This document shows, in pieces, positions 37,001 through 44,812 of a DNA stretch of 64,000 bases. Position 1 is the first letter of the stretch. Each line of letters starts with the position of its first letter. Source of the DNA: Polyangiales bacterium. GTDB lineage: Bacteria > Myxococcota_A > Polyangia > Polyangiales > Polyangiaceae. A program made the position numbers and the translations under genes. The stretch lies in contig JBBRNJ010000005.1 in NCBI GenBank assembly GCA_038230375.1, forward strand, positions 128,001-192,000. The letters are read 5' to 3'. The notes below the pieces were generated by a model. That model ran no database searches and had not been told where the DNA came from. It was given only the letters and a program-made list of their open reading frames with translations.

Positions 37001-39604
37001 GAGCAGCTCGCAAAGCTCTACGACAAGCTCAACGACGCGCAGAGCGCGATCGACTACATGGGCCGCGTCGCCGAGCTCACGCAGGACACGAAGCAGCGTG
37101 TCGAGATGTTCTACAAGATCGGCAAGGCCCTCGACGAGAAGCAGGGCGACCGCGTCTCTGCGCAAGAGCGCTACGAAATGGCGCTCGACCTCGAGCCGGC
37201 GCACATCCCGTCACTCGCGGCGCTTCGCCAGATCGCCCTCGACAACTCCGACTACGACAAGGCTGCAAGATACATCGATCAGGAGCAGAGCTACACGGCG
37301 GCCCCGCGCCAGCGTGCGAAGCTCCTCATCGACCTCGGCAAGATCCGCGAGGAGATGCTCGGCGATCACGAGAGCGCAGTGCTCGCGTGGGAAGCCGCAC
37401 ACGAGGCAGACCCCGAGAACGAGGAGTCGGCCCTGCCGCTCTCCGACGAGTTCGTGAACCGCGAGATGTGGGACAAGGCCGAGCCGCTGCTCGACCTGCT
37501 CGTCCGCAAGGCCGGCAAGCGTGAGCGCGCGGAGCAACACGCGCTCAACAACAAGCTCGGTCTCGTCTCTGCGAAGCTTGGCAAGGACGACAAGTCGTTC
37601 AAGGCGTACAGCGCAGCGCACCAGCTGGACCTCACGGATCAGATCACGATCCGAGGCCTCGCCGAAGTGTGCTTCCGCCTGAAGGACTGGGGCGCGGCGC
37701 TCACCAACTTCCAGAAGGTGCTCACTTCACTCACCGAGGACGAGACCGCGGAGCGCGCGGACGTCTACTACAAGCTCGGTTGCATCAAGCGCGAGCAAGG
37801 GCAGGCGAAGCAGGCGGTCAACAACTTCGAGAAGGCCCTTGGCGTCGACGCGACGCACAGGCTCACGCTCGAGGCGATGGTCTCCATCTTCAATGACCTC
37901 AAGGACTGGAAGCAGGTCGTCCAGTACAAGCGCCAGATCCTCGACAACATCGTGGACGGCGAAGAGCGCTTCAAGATCTTGATGGAGATCGGCGACGTCT
38001 GGAACGACAACGACAAGAACGCCGCGAAGGCCATCGAGGCCCTCGAAGAGGCGCGCGAGCTCCAGCCGGACAACCGTCCACTGCTCCACAAGATGCTGAC
38101 CCTCTACGAGGCAACGGCTGCGTGGCCGCGCATGATCGACACCATCATGGCCCTGGCCGAGATGGAGAAGGATGGCGTCCGCAAATCCAAGTTCATCTTC
38201 ACTGTCGCCCAGCTGTACCGCGACAAGGAAGGCGATCAGGAGCGCGCGGTCGAGCTCTTCAACGAGGCGCTCGATCTCAACCCTGGCTACCTCGAGGCGT
38301 TCGAGCGCATCAACAAGATCCTCACCACGTCGAAGGACTGGAAGAATCTCGAGCGCGCGTTCCGCAAGATGCTTCGTCGGCTCTCATCGGCCGGCACCAG
38401 CAACCCGGACCTCGAGTTCAACCTCTGGCACAACCTGGGTCTCATCTACCGCGACCGCCTGTCCGACACGAACAGCGCGATCGAGGCCTTCAAGATGGCC
38501 ACGCGCTACAAGCCGGACGAGGCCGTCGAGCGTCAGATCCTTGCCGAGCTCTACGAGGGCACCGACCAGCTCGAGGCCGCCATCGGCGAACACTCGCTCG
38601 TGCTGCAGAAGGATCCGCTCCGCGTGGATCCGTACCGCAGCCTCTACAAGCTCGCTCTCCGCATGCACGACTACGATCGCGCATGGTGCATGTGCGCCGC
38701 GCTCTCGTTCCTGCAGCGCGCAGACGAAGAGGAGAAGCGCTTCTTCGAGGACTACCGCCCGCGCGGCATGATCCAGGTGAAGAGTCGCCTCGACAACGAG
38801 CAGTGGGTGAAGAACCTCTTCCACAAGGACGAGAACATCTTCATCGGCAAGATCTTCGAGATGGTGACCCCATCGGCTGTCACGGCGAAGCTCACCGCGC
38901 TCCAACGCGCGAAGCAGCTCCCCGTGCTCGACCGCCGCTTCAAGCAGGACCCTGCGACAAGCACCGTCACGTTCGCGAAGACCTTCGGTTGGGCCTCGCA
39001 GGTCCTTGGCGTGCAGCCGCCGGAGCTCTATGTCCGCAACGACGTCCCGGGCGCGCTCGTCGCGGTGCCGGCGCGTCCGCCCGCCTCTGTCGCCGGTCAG
39101 ACGGTGCTCACCGGCTTCACGCCGCAGGAGCTCACGTTCATCGTCGGCAAGCACCTCTCGATGTATCGCGGTGAGCACTACATCAAGAACATCTTCCCCA
39201 CGCTCGGTGAGCTGAAGGTGGTGCTCTTCAGCGCCATCAAGCTGATCCTGGCGGACTTCAACGTGCAGCCCGAGATGGCGCAAGCCGTCAACACGACCGC
39301 ACAGGAGTTCGCGCGGTACATCCAGCCGGTCGAGCGCGACTCGCTGCGCCTGGTCGTCCAGCGCTTCGTCGAAGACGGAGCAAAGGCAGATCTCAAGCGC
39401 TGGATGCAAGCCACGGACATCACGGCGGCGCGCGCCGGCCTGCTCCTCTGCGCCGATCTCGAGATCGCAAAGAAGATCATCGGCGCCGAACCGCAGCTGC
39501 CAGGCGACCTGCCGCCCGCAGAGAAGATGAAGGAGCTCCTCGTCTTCTCGGTGAGCGACCAGTACCTCGCCCTACGCAAGACCCTAGGCATCGCCGTCGG
39601 GTAG
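28037..39604 (+). CDS. agmK: Giant cytoplasmic TPR protein AgmK/GltI-like (3855 aa)
   Basis: GAGG RBS, no signal peptide, dozens of TPR-like helical repeats; size and position in the glt locus. Confidence 0.75.
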   Translation: MDLMERLSYLENVRDWQGLVEELERGIASATANDAKAALHLKLAQVLDAKFLAGVKALKHFQDAYKLNPALAESLELARQIYWDLGKLNMVQKLIELELKSIKDGARASALLLELGDVLCDLGDYDKATATYARALAASSGANEEASLCLEDAQVDSSSWQPRISTILQSASSTDDSVARGRLFLRGVRIVRRFAPEEVESLLERSYSADPRNRQVAALYEGMMMEAGRTEDLSSLQTKVLAGIGKSEAGSRERAEIACVFGTRWVSRHQNVDVGTRFLEEAIKLDPTKEGAFQYLRDAYGKKGGDWDRVLTLAEEAATHAGNNGNASFLLAQAGLIAWRQLGNLPRARMCFERLSALAPEHPQLRAFEAQIGETLGNPDGMTKATAPPPTVVQTAPPPAGYKASTPPASQEAPMTPHVQAPEAVVAEAQAASAPPPAADPEPEVAHAPEHAPSPHAEVVDTSMPLPAMASEAPPPPPVEASPAPPPAAVAAAPVAAAAAADYDPAKVEELKALAEKQEANKRYNEYVKTLLQIAAMVPDAFEKVELYMKAADLYVGKFANQAEAVKAYEQVIALDPDNAQAVDYLRQMYEKRRDWEKLLGLSRREAERIMNGPERAAKFLEIAKLATERVKKPDVCIELWQEVLDSDPSNVEALGALGGLYERSKEFDKLVDVLEKQAEHTYEPAAKIQILTKLGTYYGDKLNNDEGAVNAWRLLLTLDPNDRKAQEALKKKYLALGRWDDLEVFYAESGKWDEFIRVLEQQEAKETDPQAKISLLFKIAELWADKKQKNDRAAKAYEKVLELEAQNLRAAEALIPIYTAANNSKALANAIEVKLGHEADPTTRIALLREVAGLYESKVKEPQKALDRYIAAFDLLPSDEQTATDMERAAKAMNGWDRVIAGYATAIDNADNAADMDLAIALRLRQGRVLVEEMNRIDDALGVYRAVYEKDSENAIALGALEGLYRHTGKFGELLGIYEKKREMAGPDERKAISYEIAKLYETEIKDVDKAIETYVQILDEEPTDIASLGALDVLYGNLGRWEPYVDVLRRRIELDATEKELIDLKYRLGQTQEKHLSDAAPALENYREILFLDAQHEGARLALENLLTNEDLRGEAASILENIYEERADWTKLIFSLGILSQAQHDVEKRVTILRKIARVASDQLQDFAQAFRALSQALTDAPENADTRQEIEAIVTHSNAWTELVALLEQIASGATDAALAREYWMQLARVNDTQLQQVDAAARGYTKVLGLDPSDAEALDALEQLFFRTQRWKDVISVIEKRIEQTTDAARTEALYAQMARIYDEALGQPGDAVSCYKKVLELDPTALAALAALDALFSRQKMWGELAENLEAQLQLAASDESQLSLMLRLAALRESEMGQIDVAIEGYRAVLERDMQNQAAFSALERLGQDARHELVIADLLEPMYRHLGDYAKLIGAHEVQVRRSDDVSRRVELLHQIAQLYEDAAGDLNAAFDTLVRALNEDPASELTQQHLDRVARVTGRFADLAHAFEVLAQKAQDPQLASSLFMTSARVFENDLGQLDTAIAHYRKTLEIDAQNLAAAESLERLFRQTERYAELSQILQVKAEILEDTQAKKEALYQAAAIEEDVLEKPEAAIGVYKKVLGIDEDDIRALDSLVKRYLGLGAWKDLLAVYAKKVDLVADPEEKKRIYYQVGAVYERELQDLHNAIDTYQKILELDPDDLQALSRLDVLYEQAGNWAELLSVLTRESEMTNDPSEAVSFHYRIAELYEKKLEDVARSIELYAEILGQQPDHEPTLVALEGLKSGDRDPLGAAAVLEPVYEGASDWTKLVSVHEVQVQHATDPFQKVDLLHRISRLYEDALDNHGAAFDTYARALGFDNGNDSTLQNLERLAMTVSRWPHVAQLYDAELDKLGENRERFVELGLRTAQIFEVQLEDVDNAIVRYRRVMEVDAENQQAVSSLDRLYVQTERWAQLAEILTRESEIGQSPDQILEFKYRLGQVHENHLNNLDAAIAAYRDVLNAAPEHITTLAALEGLFARVVKQVEIAEILEPLYRAAAEWEKLSRVYEAQLTHIPVAKPASGDESVGVGGQEDRLAAYYRIAEVYEEKLLDQAQTLNTYVRALKEYPLDDKAGEEAPRLAAAIEQGWESLANAYADIVGAHQDPLVQRTIGRRLAKTFEDELGDVDKAEETYKYVLGVDQHDTEALANLDRIYLSTENWPNLAQILEMRTQAPAEEMDLIELFARLGEVYEARVADVPNATRAFRRIFDKLDKAHEGAIAALARIYEGQGAWTELMTVYERELENASGDVAEAEIRAKIAHLASDRLSDPTRAVDTWKIVLDLRGEDPEALGALANLYESGESWRELVDVLEREFDIASEDEVRVTILARRAQTFTAKMNRDDLALEDWTRLLDIDFANLGALRAIAAIRRRQHDPNELVSALHQMVDRAAANLEATELKEIFRELGKTYGNELQQPFDAADAWRKLLEVGADFEAMDALEAIYKSEERWTDVIDVKMQRAAALEEPAQKIAELKGAAALWNDPVNEYDKATPAWQKILEIEPAHDEAYKELEKLHTQGGRWEPLIELYLGRLETREDVHEKTELLRKIARVFEEKLDDKNQALDALTNALGEDFHDRETAKYLERMAQATGRWGEVIQTANNWLQAQTEPQQKIRLCLHLAKWYGDDLGHPEYAQPYYAQIVQLDPNNVGALRQMGQLYRKNANWQQLGATLTRALDVAVADIDRKEILTELGELLDSQMSQQDQAITYFARALEVDGQFIPAIENLERIYAARGQNKDLVDVLLRKVPALSETEAVVATKLRIGTLYEQMSESQKAAQTYREVTDLEAQNLQALRGLARVYELLNSWPELVKTLELELEVVTTERERIDLLMKLANLQEEHFLKADIAAQRLEQVIEIDPSNEEAYVALERNYRRLRQWPELNQTYERHISATLERKTKVELYGFIAQVFADELDDTEHAIDAYKNIVDLDDVNVPALEQLAKLYDKLNDAQSAIDYMGRVAELTQDTKQRVEMFYKIGKALDEKQGDRVSAQERYEMALDLEPAHIPSLAALRQIALDNSDYDKAARYIDQEQSYTAAPRQRAKLLIDLGKIREEMLGDHESAVLAWEAAHEADPENEESALPLSDEFVNREMWDKAEPLLDLLVRKAGKRERAEQHALNNKLGLVSAKLGKDDKSFKAYSAAHQLDLTDQITIRGLAEVCFRLKDWGAALTNFQKVLTSLTEDETAERADVYYKLGCIKREQGQAKQAVNNFEKALGVDATHRLTLEAMVSIFNDLKDWKQVVQYKRQILDNIVDGEERFKILMEIGDVWNDNDKNAAKAIEALEEARELQPDNRPLLHKMLTLYEATAAWPRMIDTIMALAEMEKDGVRKSKFIFTVAQLYRDKEGDQERAVELFNEALDLNPGYLEAFERINKILTTSKDWKNLERAFRKMLRRLSSAGTSNPDLEFNLWHNLGLIYRDRLSDTNSAIEAFKMATRYKPDEAVERQILAELYEGTDQLEAAIGEHSLVLQKDPLRVDPYRSLYKLALRMHDYDRAWCMCAALSFLQRADEEEKRFFEDYRPRGMIQVKSRLDNEQWVKNLFHKDENIFIGKIFEMVTPSAVTAKLTALQRAKQLPVLDRRFKQDPATSTVTFAKTFGWASQVLGVQPPELYVRNDVPGALVAVPARPPASVAGQTVLTGFTPQELTFIVGKHLSMYRGEHYIKNIFPTLGELKVVLFSAIKLILADFNVQPEMAQAVNTTAQEFARYIQPVERDSLRLVVQRFVEDGAKADLKRWMQATDITAARAGLLLCADLEIAKKIIGAEPQLPGDLPPAEKMKELLVFSVSDQYLALRKTLGIAVG

Positions 39605-39628
39605 ACGGCGCTGGCGGCTCCTTGGTCA

Positions 39629-40186
39629 TCACCGGCGATGGTGCTTGGCTTTGCTCTTGGCGAGCGATTCGGCCTTCGCCTTTACCTTCGGGAGCTTCGA
39701 CTGAATGAACGGCTGCAGGGCCTCGCGAAGCTGCTGATCGCATTGGTCGAGTCGCGACTGCACGATCGACGCGGCCACGTCGGTCGTGCCCGCGACGAAG
39801 ATCGCGCCGAGGTCGACCAAGTAGAGCAAGGCGGTGTACGCCGGCTTGCGCGCCTCGTCCGCTAGCTCACGCACCTCGAGCCACCCTCCGAACGAGCCAT
39901 CGAAGCTCTCGGTCTTGTGACCCTTCGGGATCTCTAGGCCAAGACGCACCTCGACCGGCCACTTCTTGCCGTCGTACCACGACCCCGCAACGACGAGCTG
40001 CTTCCGCTGGAGCGGCGTCAGGTCCTTCGGCGAGCGCGGCTTGAATGCGCGCGTGACCGAGAGGTTCAGCGCGGGCTTTGCGGTCACGGAAGGATCGAGC
40101 GCCTCGCGGACGATCGGGCTCTTCTTCGCGATCCTGGCGAGCTTCTTTGCGGTCTCGCGCTTCGGCAGGGTGTCGTCGTCACCCAT
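39629..40186 (-). CDS. Hypothetical protein (possibly C-terminal part of a split gene)
   Basis: Open frame with host-like codon use; ATG at 40186 overlaps the upstream stop. Confidence 0.5.
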   Translation of the reverse strand: MGDDDTLPKRETAKKLARIAKKSPIVREALDPSVTAKPALNLSVTRAFKPRSPKDLTPLQRKQLVVAGSWYDGKKWPVEVRLGLEIPKGHKTESFDGSFGGWLEVRELADEARKPAYTALLYLVDLGAIFVAGTTDVAASIVQSRLDQCDQQLREALQPFIQSKLPKVKAKAESLAKSKAKHHRR

Positions 40187-40517
40187 GTGCTTCACGATGT
40201 CTCGGCGTCCGCTCGAGCAGACCGGGTTCCTCTGGACCGAGCCCGAGCCATCGCCGCCGTCCCTCGGCGTACGCCGGCATTCCATGATTCGTGATCACGA
40301 TGTCTTCGAGCGCGAGGAGCTCGGCAATGCTTCGCTGCATCGGCGTCAGCGTCTCGGCGAGGGGTAGCGTGGGGCCGTATTCGAAGCCCGCTGCTTCGAG
40401 CGCCCTGTCGACGAGTTTCTCCCGTCCTTCACCTTCGGCCGCCAGGGCTCGCTGGAGCAAAGTGCGCACCTTCACCGGCAACGTCGAGAGGTGCGCAGCG
40501 GAAGGTGGGCTGGTCAT
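40179..40517 (-). CDS. Hypothetical protein (possibly N-terminal part of a split gene)
   Basis: Open frame from ATG 40517, protein-like composition. Confidence 0.45.
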   Translation of the reverse strand: MTSPPSAAHLSTLPVKVRTLLQRALAAEGEGREKLVDRALEAAGFEYGPTLPLAETLTPMQRSIAELLALEDIVITNHGMPAYAEGRRRWLGLGPEEPGLLERTPRHREAHG

Positions 40518-40628
40518 GGGGACGTGCTTATCATGCAGCCGCGCCTGGGCCCGCACGCCACGCCTGTTCACTGCGCGTGTGTGCGGCGATCTTGGTGTCC
40601 TGAATTTTTTTGCGTATTTTTTGGGAGC

Positions 40629-40660
40629 GACCGCGGACAGCCTTGGTCATGTCCGCGGTC
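40629..40660. promoter_or_regulatory. Perfect 11-bp inverted repeat in a divergent promoter region
   Basis: GACCGCGGACA N10 TGTCCGCGGTC, next to T-tracts. Confidence 0.45.
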
Positions 40661-40840
40661 AGCGATAGCGCGCTCGTACCTCCATTGATTCCATCGGGTT
40701 GTGTTCCTCTGCATTGATGGAACGCGTCGTGAAGATTGGCTCGTCATGGAGCCGGTCTCGGGAAGTGTGTGCAGTGTACACGCAACCGCGGATGAGCACG
40801 GCCGATGGGAAGTCGCGCCGCTCACAAAGAGGAGGATTCA

Positions 40841-42157
40841 ATGTCCAGGGATGATCTCAACGCCACGTTTGGTTCCACTGCGGAGCTCCCGCGATGTGTG
40901 GAGCCAGTCAGTCGATGGGTCGCGGAGATCCAGGACGCGGCGGGTATGCGGCGCGTCGATCTTTCCGACCGGCCGCTCGTGTTCGGTTCGTCGCGCACGG
41001 CCGATGTCGCGATCAACGATTCGGCGACTAGCGCCCAGCACTGTGAGCTCACCGTGCAAGGCGATCTGGTGCGCGTGCGTGATCTCGGCTCGCGTAACGG
41101 CACATACATGAGCGGAGTGCGCGTGGGCATCGGCTTCGGGATCGCGGGGGAGATCGTCTGCGTCGGTCGCTCGTCGATCGCGCTGAAGTCCGCGTCGCCT
41201 TTGATGGAGGATTGCTTCGGTGAGCCGCTCCCTGGTGTCATCGGCGGGTCCACGGTCATGCGGCGCCTTGCGCAGTACGTGAGACGCTTCGCCGTCCTGT
41301 CGGTGCCCGTCCTGATCCTGGGTGAGAGCGGCTCGGGGAAGGAGCTCATCGCCCGCGCGATCCACACGGAGAGCGGCCGGCGCGCGGATGCGTTCGTCGC
41401 GGTCAACGTCGCGGGCGTGCCGCGCGAGCTGATGGAGACGGAGATGTTCGGCCACGAGCGCGGCGCGTTCACGGGAGCCTATCAACGTCATCGCGGCGCC
41501 TTCGGCGAGGCAGACGGCGGCACGCTCTTCCTGGACGAGATCGGCGATTTGCCGCAGGAGGCGCAGCCCAAGCTGCTTCGCGCGCTGGACGGCTACGAGG
41601 TCAAGGCCGTGGGACAAGAGGGCCGCGGCCGCAAGTTCGACGTACGCGTTGTCGCCGCGACCAACGTGCGGCTTCGCGACAAGGTGGCAGAGGGGAGCTT
41701 CCGACAGGACCTCTACCATCGGCTCGAGGCGATCATCGTGAGGGTCCCACCGCTCCGCGACCGCCGGGGTGATCTCGTACAGCTCGTGCCTGCGATGCTG
41801 GAGGCGATGAAGCTGCGCGGGGGCACGCCCGAGGTGACCGCAGAGGCGCTCTCGCTGCTCGCCGCGCATGACTGGCCCGGCAACGTGCGGCAGCTGAAGA
41901 ACGTGCTCTCGCGTGCTGTGGTCGAGAGCAACGGTCCCGTCCTCGACGCAACCGCTGTCCGCAGGGCCGTCTTCCAGAGCGACGAGGACGACGACGTGGA
42001 CGCGCTCATCCAGATCTCGCAGGGCACCGCGCGCGGCATCCTGGAGCGAAACCAGGGCAACATCAGCCGCGCAGCCAGGGAGGCGGGCATGGCCCGCACG
42101 TCGTTCAAGCGGCTTCTCGGCGCGGACGAACTCGCGACCTCGCCTCAGATCGCGTAG
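40841..42157 (+). CDS. FHA-domain sigma-54 enhancer-binding activator (Fis family)
   Basis: AGGAGG RBS; FHA (SAQHC, DLGSRNGT); GESGSGKE, GAFTGA, LFLDEIG, WPGNVRQL; C-terminal HTH. Confidence 0.92.
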   Translation: MSRDDLNATFGSTAELPRCVEPVSRWVAEIQDAAGMRRVDLSDRPLVFGSSRTADVAINDSATSAQHCELTVQGDLVRVRDLGSRNGTYMSGVRVGIGFGIAGEIVCVGRSSIALKSASPLMEDCFGEPLPGVIGGSTVMRRLAQYVRRFAVLSVPVLILGESGSGKELIARAIHTESGRRADAFVAVNVAGVPRELMETEMFGHERGAFTGAYQRHRGAFGEADGGTLFLDEIGDLPQEAQPKLLRALDGYEVKAVGQEGRGRKFDVRVVAATNVRLRDKVAEGSFRQDLYHRLEAIIVRVPPLRDRRGDLVQLVPAMLEAMKLRGGTPEVTAEALSLLAAHDWPGNVRQLKNVLSRAVVESNGPVLDATAVRRAVFQSDEDDDVDALIQISQGTARGILERNQGNISRAAREAGMARTSFKRLLGADELATSPQIA

Positions 42158-42194
42158 ACGCCACATTCAACCGAAGGTCGGGTAGGTTACGGGC

Positions 42195-43571
42195 GTGCGC
42201 TTCCGCAACCTCCCACGTGCGCTGGTGCTCCTCTCCGTGGGCGCAGGCTGTTCACGGGGCTGCGGGGACGACACGCCGTCCACGGCCTCAGACGGCGGCG
42301 TTCGCGCTGCGGCACGCGAAGGCGCCCTCACAGATGACGCGGCAACTTCGGTGAGCATGTCGCCTGCGGGCGCGAGCATCTTTTCGCTGCCGATTGCCGC
42401 AGCGCACGATCCGGCCACACCGCGCTCGTTCGTCGCGGGCCTTCGCGCAGCGGAGAAGAAGATCACGTTGACGCTTGTGGACGAGCACGGCGTCGAGACG
42501 TTCCGCACGGATGTGTTCACCGGTGTCGGCTGGTCCTCGGACGCGGAGCTCCGCGTATACGCCGCCGCGCACGGTGCGTGGGTGGTCTGGCGCGGACCGG
42601 TGGACGGCGGTCGCACGCAGCGCGCCGTCTTCGTCAATGACGACGGACAGCTCGCATCCGCGGGGACCGACGTCGCGCCTGCTCACTGTGCGATCGGTGA
42701 CGTGCTGTCCGTCGTTCACGGCGGCGCTGTCGCCATGGTGGTCCCGGATGGCGGCGCGCGGCGCCTCAGGCTCGCGGATCCGTCGGCGGACTTCTCGCTC
42801 ATGTGTGACGACGGCCGCGTGCTCGTCATGTCGGAGTCGGAGGACGGCGTCTTCGTCGAGGTGCCCGAGGACGGCGGGCTCCGCCGGCACTCCGCGTTCA
42901 ACGCAGAGTCGGAGGGACGCACCACCGCGCTCTATTCGCACGGCGATCGCGCGGGCATCGTGCGCATCGGCGGCACGCAGGCCACGTTGCGCGAGCTGGA
43001 GGATGGCGGCCTCTCCCGCGCGCGCAACCGAAGGCTCGCGATCGACGAGGACGACGACATCGTGGTCGTGGACGCCATTGGGCTCGGGCCGCTGCTGATC
43101 ACCACGCAGGAAGCAGAGGGCGCGTGCGACGGCGGTGTCGCGCTCGCGCCCCGCGTCTCCGCGGTGCTCGTCCCGCGCGCGATCCCTTCTGGCGATGCGG
43201 GCGCGGACGCAGGTGCAGAGGCGGGCGCACCCTTCGTGAGCGCGGAGCTCGCACCGCCGGTCTGCGGAAGAGAGCGTGGCCCGTTCTGGTCCGGAGCCGC
43301 GGGAACGGACGTGGTGGTCGCGTGGGGCGAGCGCATCCGTCAGGTGGGCAAGAGCGTCGCGCCCGTGGCCGCCGTGGGCTTCGCGCGCATCCGCGCGGAC
43401 GGCACCGTCATGGATCGCGGCGTCATCGACCTCTCCGCGGATGCAGTCGTCGATGCATCGTGCGACGCACATGACTGCTACGTCGCAGCGCTTCTACGCC
43501 CAAACGGCGACGACGATCAGAAGCCCGAGGCCGTGCGGGTGTTCCCGCTCAGAAGCTCCCAGACACACTGA
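42195..43571 (+). CDS. Hypothetical lipoprotein/secreted beta-rich protein
   Basis: GTG start, hydrophobic signal with GAGC, recurrent DGG motifs. Confidence 0.6.
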   Translation: MRFRNLPRALVLLSVGAGCSRGCGDDTPSTASDGGVRAAAREGALTDDAATSVSMSPAGASIFSLPIAAAHDPATPRSFVAGLRAAEKKITLTLVDEHGVETFRTDVFTGVGWSSDAELRVYAAAHGAWVVWRGPVDGGRTQRAVFVNDDGQLASAGTDVAPAHCAIGDVLSVVHGGAVAMVVPDGGARRLRLADPSADFSLMCDDGRVLVMSESEDGVFVEVPEDGGLRRHSAFNAESEGRTTALYSHGDRAGIVRIGGTQATLRELEDGGLSRARNRRLAIDEDDDIVVVDAIGLGPLLITTQEAEGACDGGVALAPRVSAVLVPRAIPSGDAGADAGAEAGAPFVSAELAPPVCGRERGPFWSGAAGTDVVVAWGERIRQVGKSVAPVAAVGFARIRADGTVMDRGVIDLSADAVVDASCDAHDCYVAALLRPNGDDDQKPEAVRVFPLRSSQTH

Positions 43572-44742
43572 GCCCGCTGGGCCCGTGCGTGCCGATGCCG
43601 ACCATCGGCGTGACGTTGATGCTACCGACCGGCGGCGCCGCGCCCTCCGCGTCCTTCTTCGGGGCGAACAGGTACCAGCCGGCCGCGAAGAGAATGCCAG
43701 CGCCGGCGACCACACCGGACACGTTGGCCGCGGTGGCGTCCTGGTTCACCTGATCGAGATCGCTCTTGTAGGTGTTGCATGCGCCCGTGAAGTCGGATGC
43801 GCCCTTCACGGTGGACGAGCAGATGCCGACGGGGTTGAACCCGCGCTGCTTGGCCGTGCCGCGTATCGTTAGATCCACCGAGTCCGCGCTGCTCTGCGCG
43901 TTGCCCTTCGCGACCACGAAGTAAATCGCGCCGATGACGCCAGCGACGAATACGCCGCCACCGATGAACACCGGAATCAACGTCTTCGGCGGCGAGAGAA
44001 TGTTGCTGGGCTTGCTCGGCGTCTCCACGCCTTTGTCGATCTTCGGGGTCCCGTTGCCCGCGTTCGGATCGGTCGGCGGATTGGTGGGGTCCGGCGTCGC
44101 AGGGACGTTGCTCGTGGGCGTGGGGGTCGGCGTGGGCGTGGGGACTGGCGTTGGCACCGGCGTGACGCCCGGCTGGCCAAACTTCACCTGCGCGCGCTGA
44201 CCAGCAACAACGGTCACCTTCTGCGTGTCGCCCGAGCCGTCCGTTGCGCGCGACTTGAACGTATACGAGCCGGGGTCCAGATCGACGCCCTCACCGAACG
44301 GCGCATTGCCGATGCGATCACCACCGACGATGGAGACCTCGGTTCCGGCAGGCGCCTGGATGTCCACGTGACCGACCTTCGCGCGCGCTTCCTCGAGACC
44401 GGACTCCGCGTCGTGACGCTGCTGCGGCGTCGGGTTCTGCACCTGGCGAAGGTACTGCTGGAAATACTTGATCGCCTCGAGCGGGTGGTTTCCGCGGAGG
44501 CAGCTCTGCGCCAGGTTCAGGAGCACCGCCGGGTGGTTCTTCAGGGCGTATGCCTGGAGAAATGAGGCGCGCGCGGCCTCGAACTGGCCCTTGTCGAACG
44601 CCTCGACGCCCTCCTTGAAGCGCGCGCGCGCCTGGACGGTGAGGGGGTCGTCGGCCTGGGCAAACGACACGGCGGGCACCGAGGGCACCGCGACGGAGGT
44701 GAACGCGATAAGGAGGGCTGCGGCTACGGCTCGGGTTTTCAT
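43549..44742 (-). CDS. Secreted TPR + PEGA-like protein with C-terminal membrane segment
   Basis: Signal SFA|Q, TPR (ARARFKEGV...VLLNLAQS), PEGA-like LDPGSYTF, PT linker, ends GLSVSGSF. Confidence 0.8.
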   Translation of the reverse strand: MKTRAVAAALLIAFTSVAVPSVPAVSFAQADDPLTVQARARFKEGVEAFDKGQFEAARASFLQAYALKNHPAVLLNLAQSCLRGNHPLEAIKYFQQYLRQVQNPTPQQRHDAESGLEEARAKVGHVDIQAPAGTEVSIVGGDRIGNAPFGEGVDLDPGSYTFKSRATDGSGDTQKVTVVAGQRAQVKFGQPGVTPVPTPVPTPTPTPTPTSNVPATPDPTNPPTDPNAGNGTPKIDKGVETPSKPSNILSPPKTLIPVFIGGGVFVAGVIGAIYFVVAKGNAQSSADSVDLTIRGTAKQRGFNPVGICSSTVKGASDFTGACNTYKSDLDQVNQDATAANVSGVVAGAGILFAAGWYLFAPKKDAEGAAPPVGSINVTPMVGIGTHGPSGLSVSGSF

Positions 44743-44812
44743 GAGGGCACGCTCTTATGCAAGTACCCGCATCGTACCGATGAAACGCAACTCCGTCACG
44801 CTTAAGGCGTGC

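Noticed and set aside
16282..39409. Long antisense and alternate-frame ORFs (e.g. 18545-20773, 28513-31386, 30803-33112, 35078-37204)
   Set aside because: Shadow ORFs expected from strong GC3 codon bias; Arg/Val/Leu-rich and without motifs
44745..44761. Sigma-54 promoter (GGCAC...TGC)
   Set aside because: Spacing is off by one base and the orientation is opposite to the flanking genes
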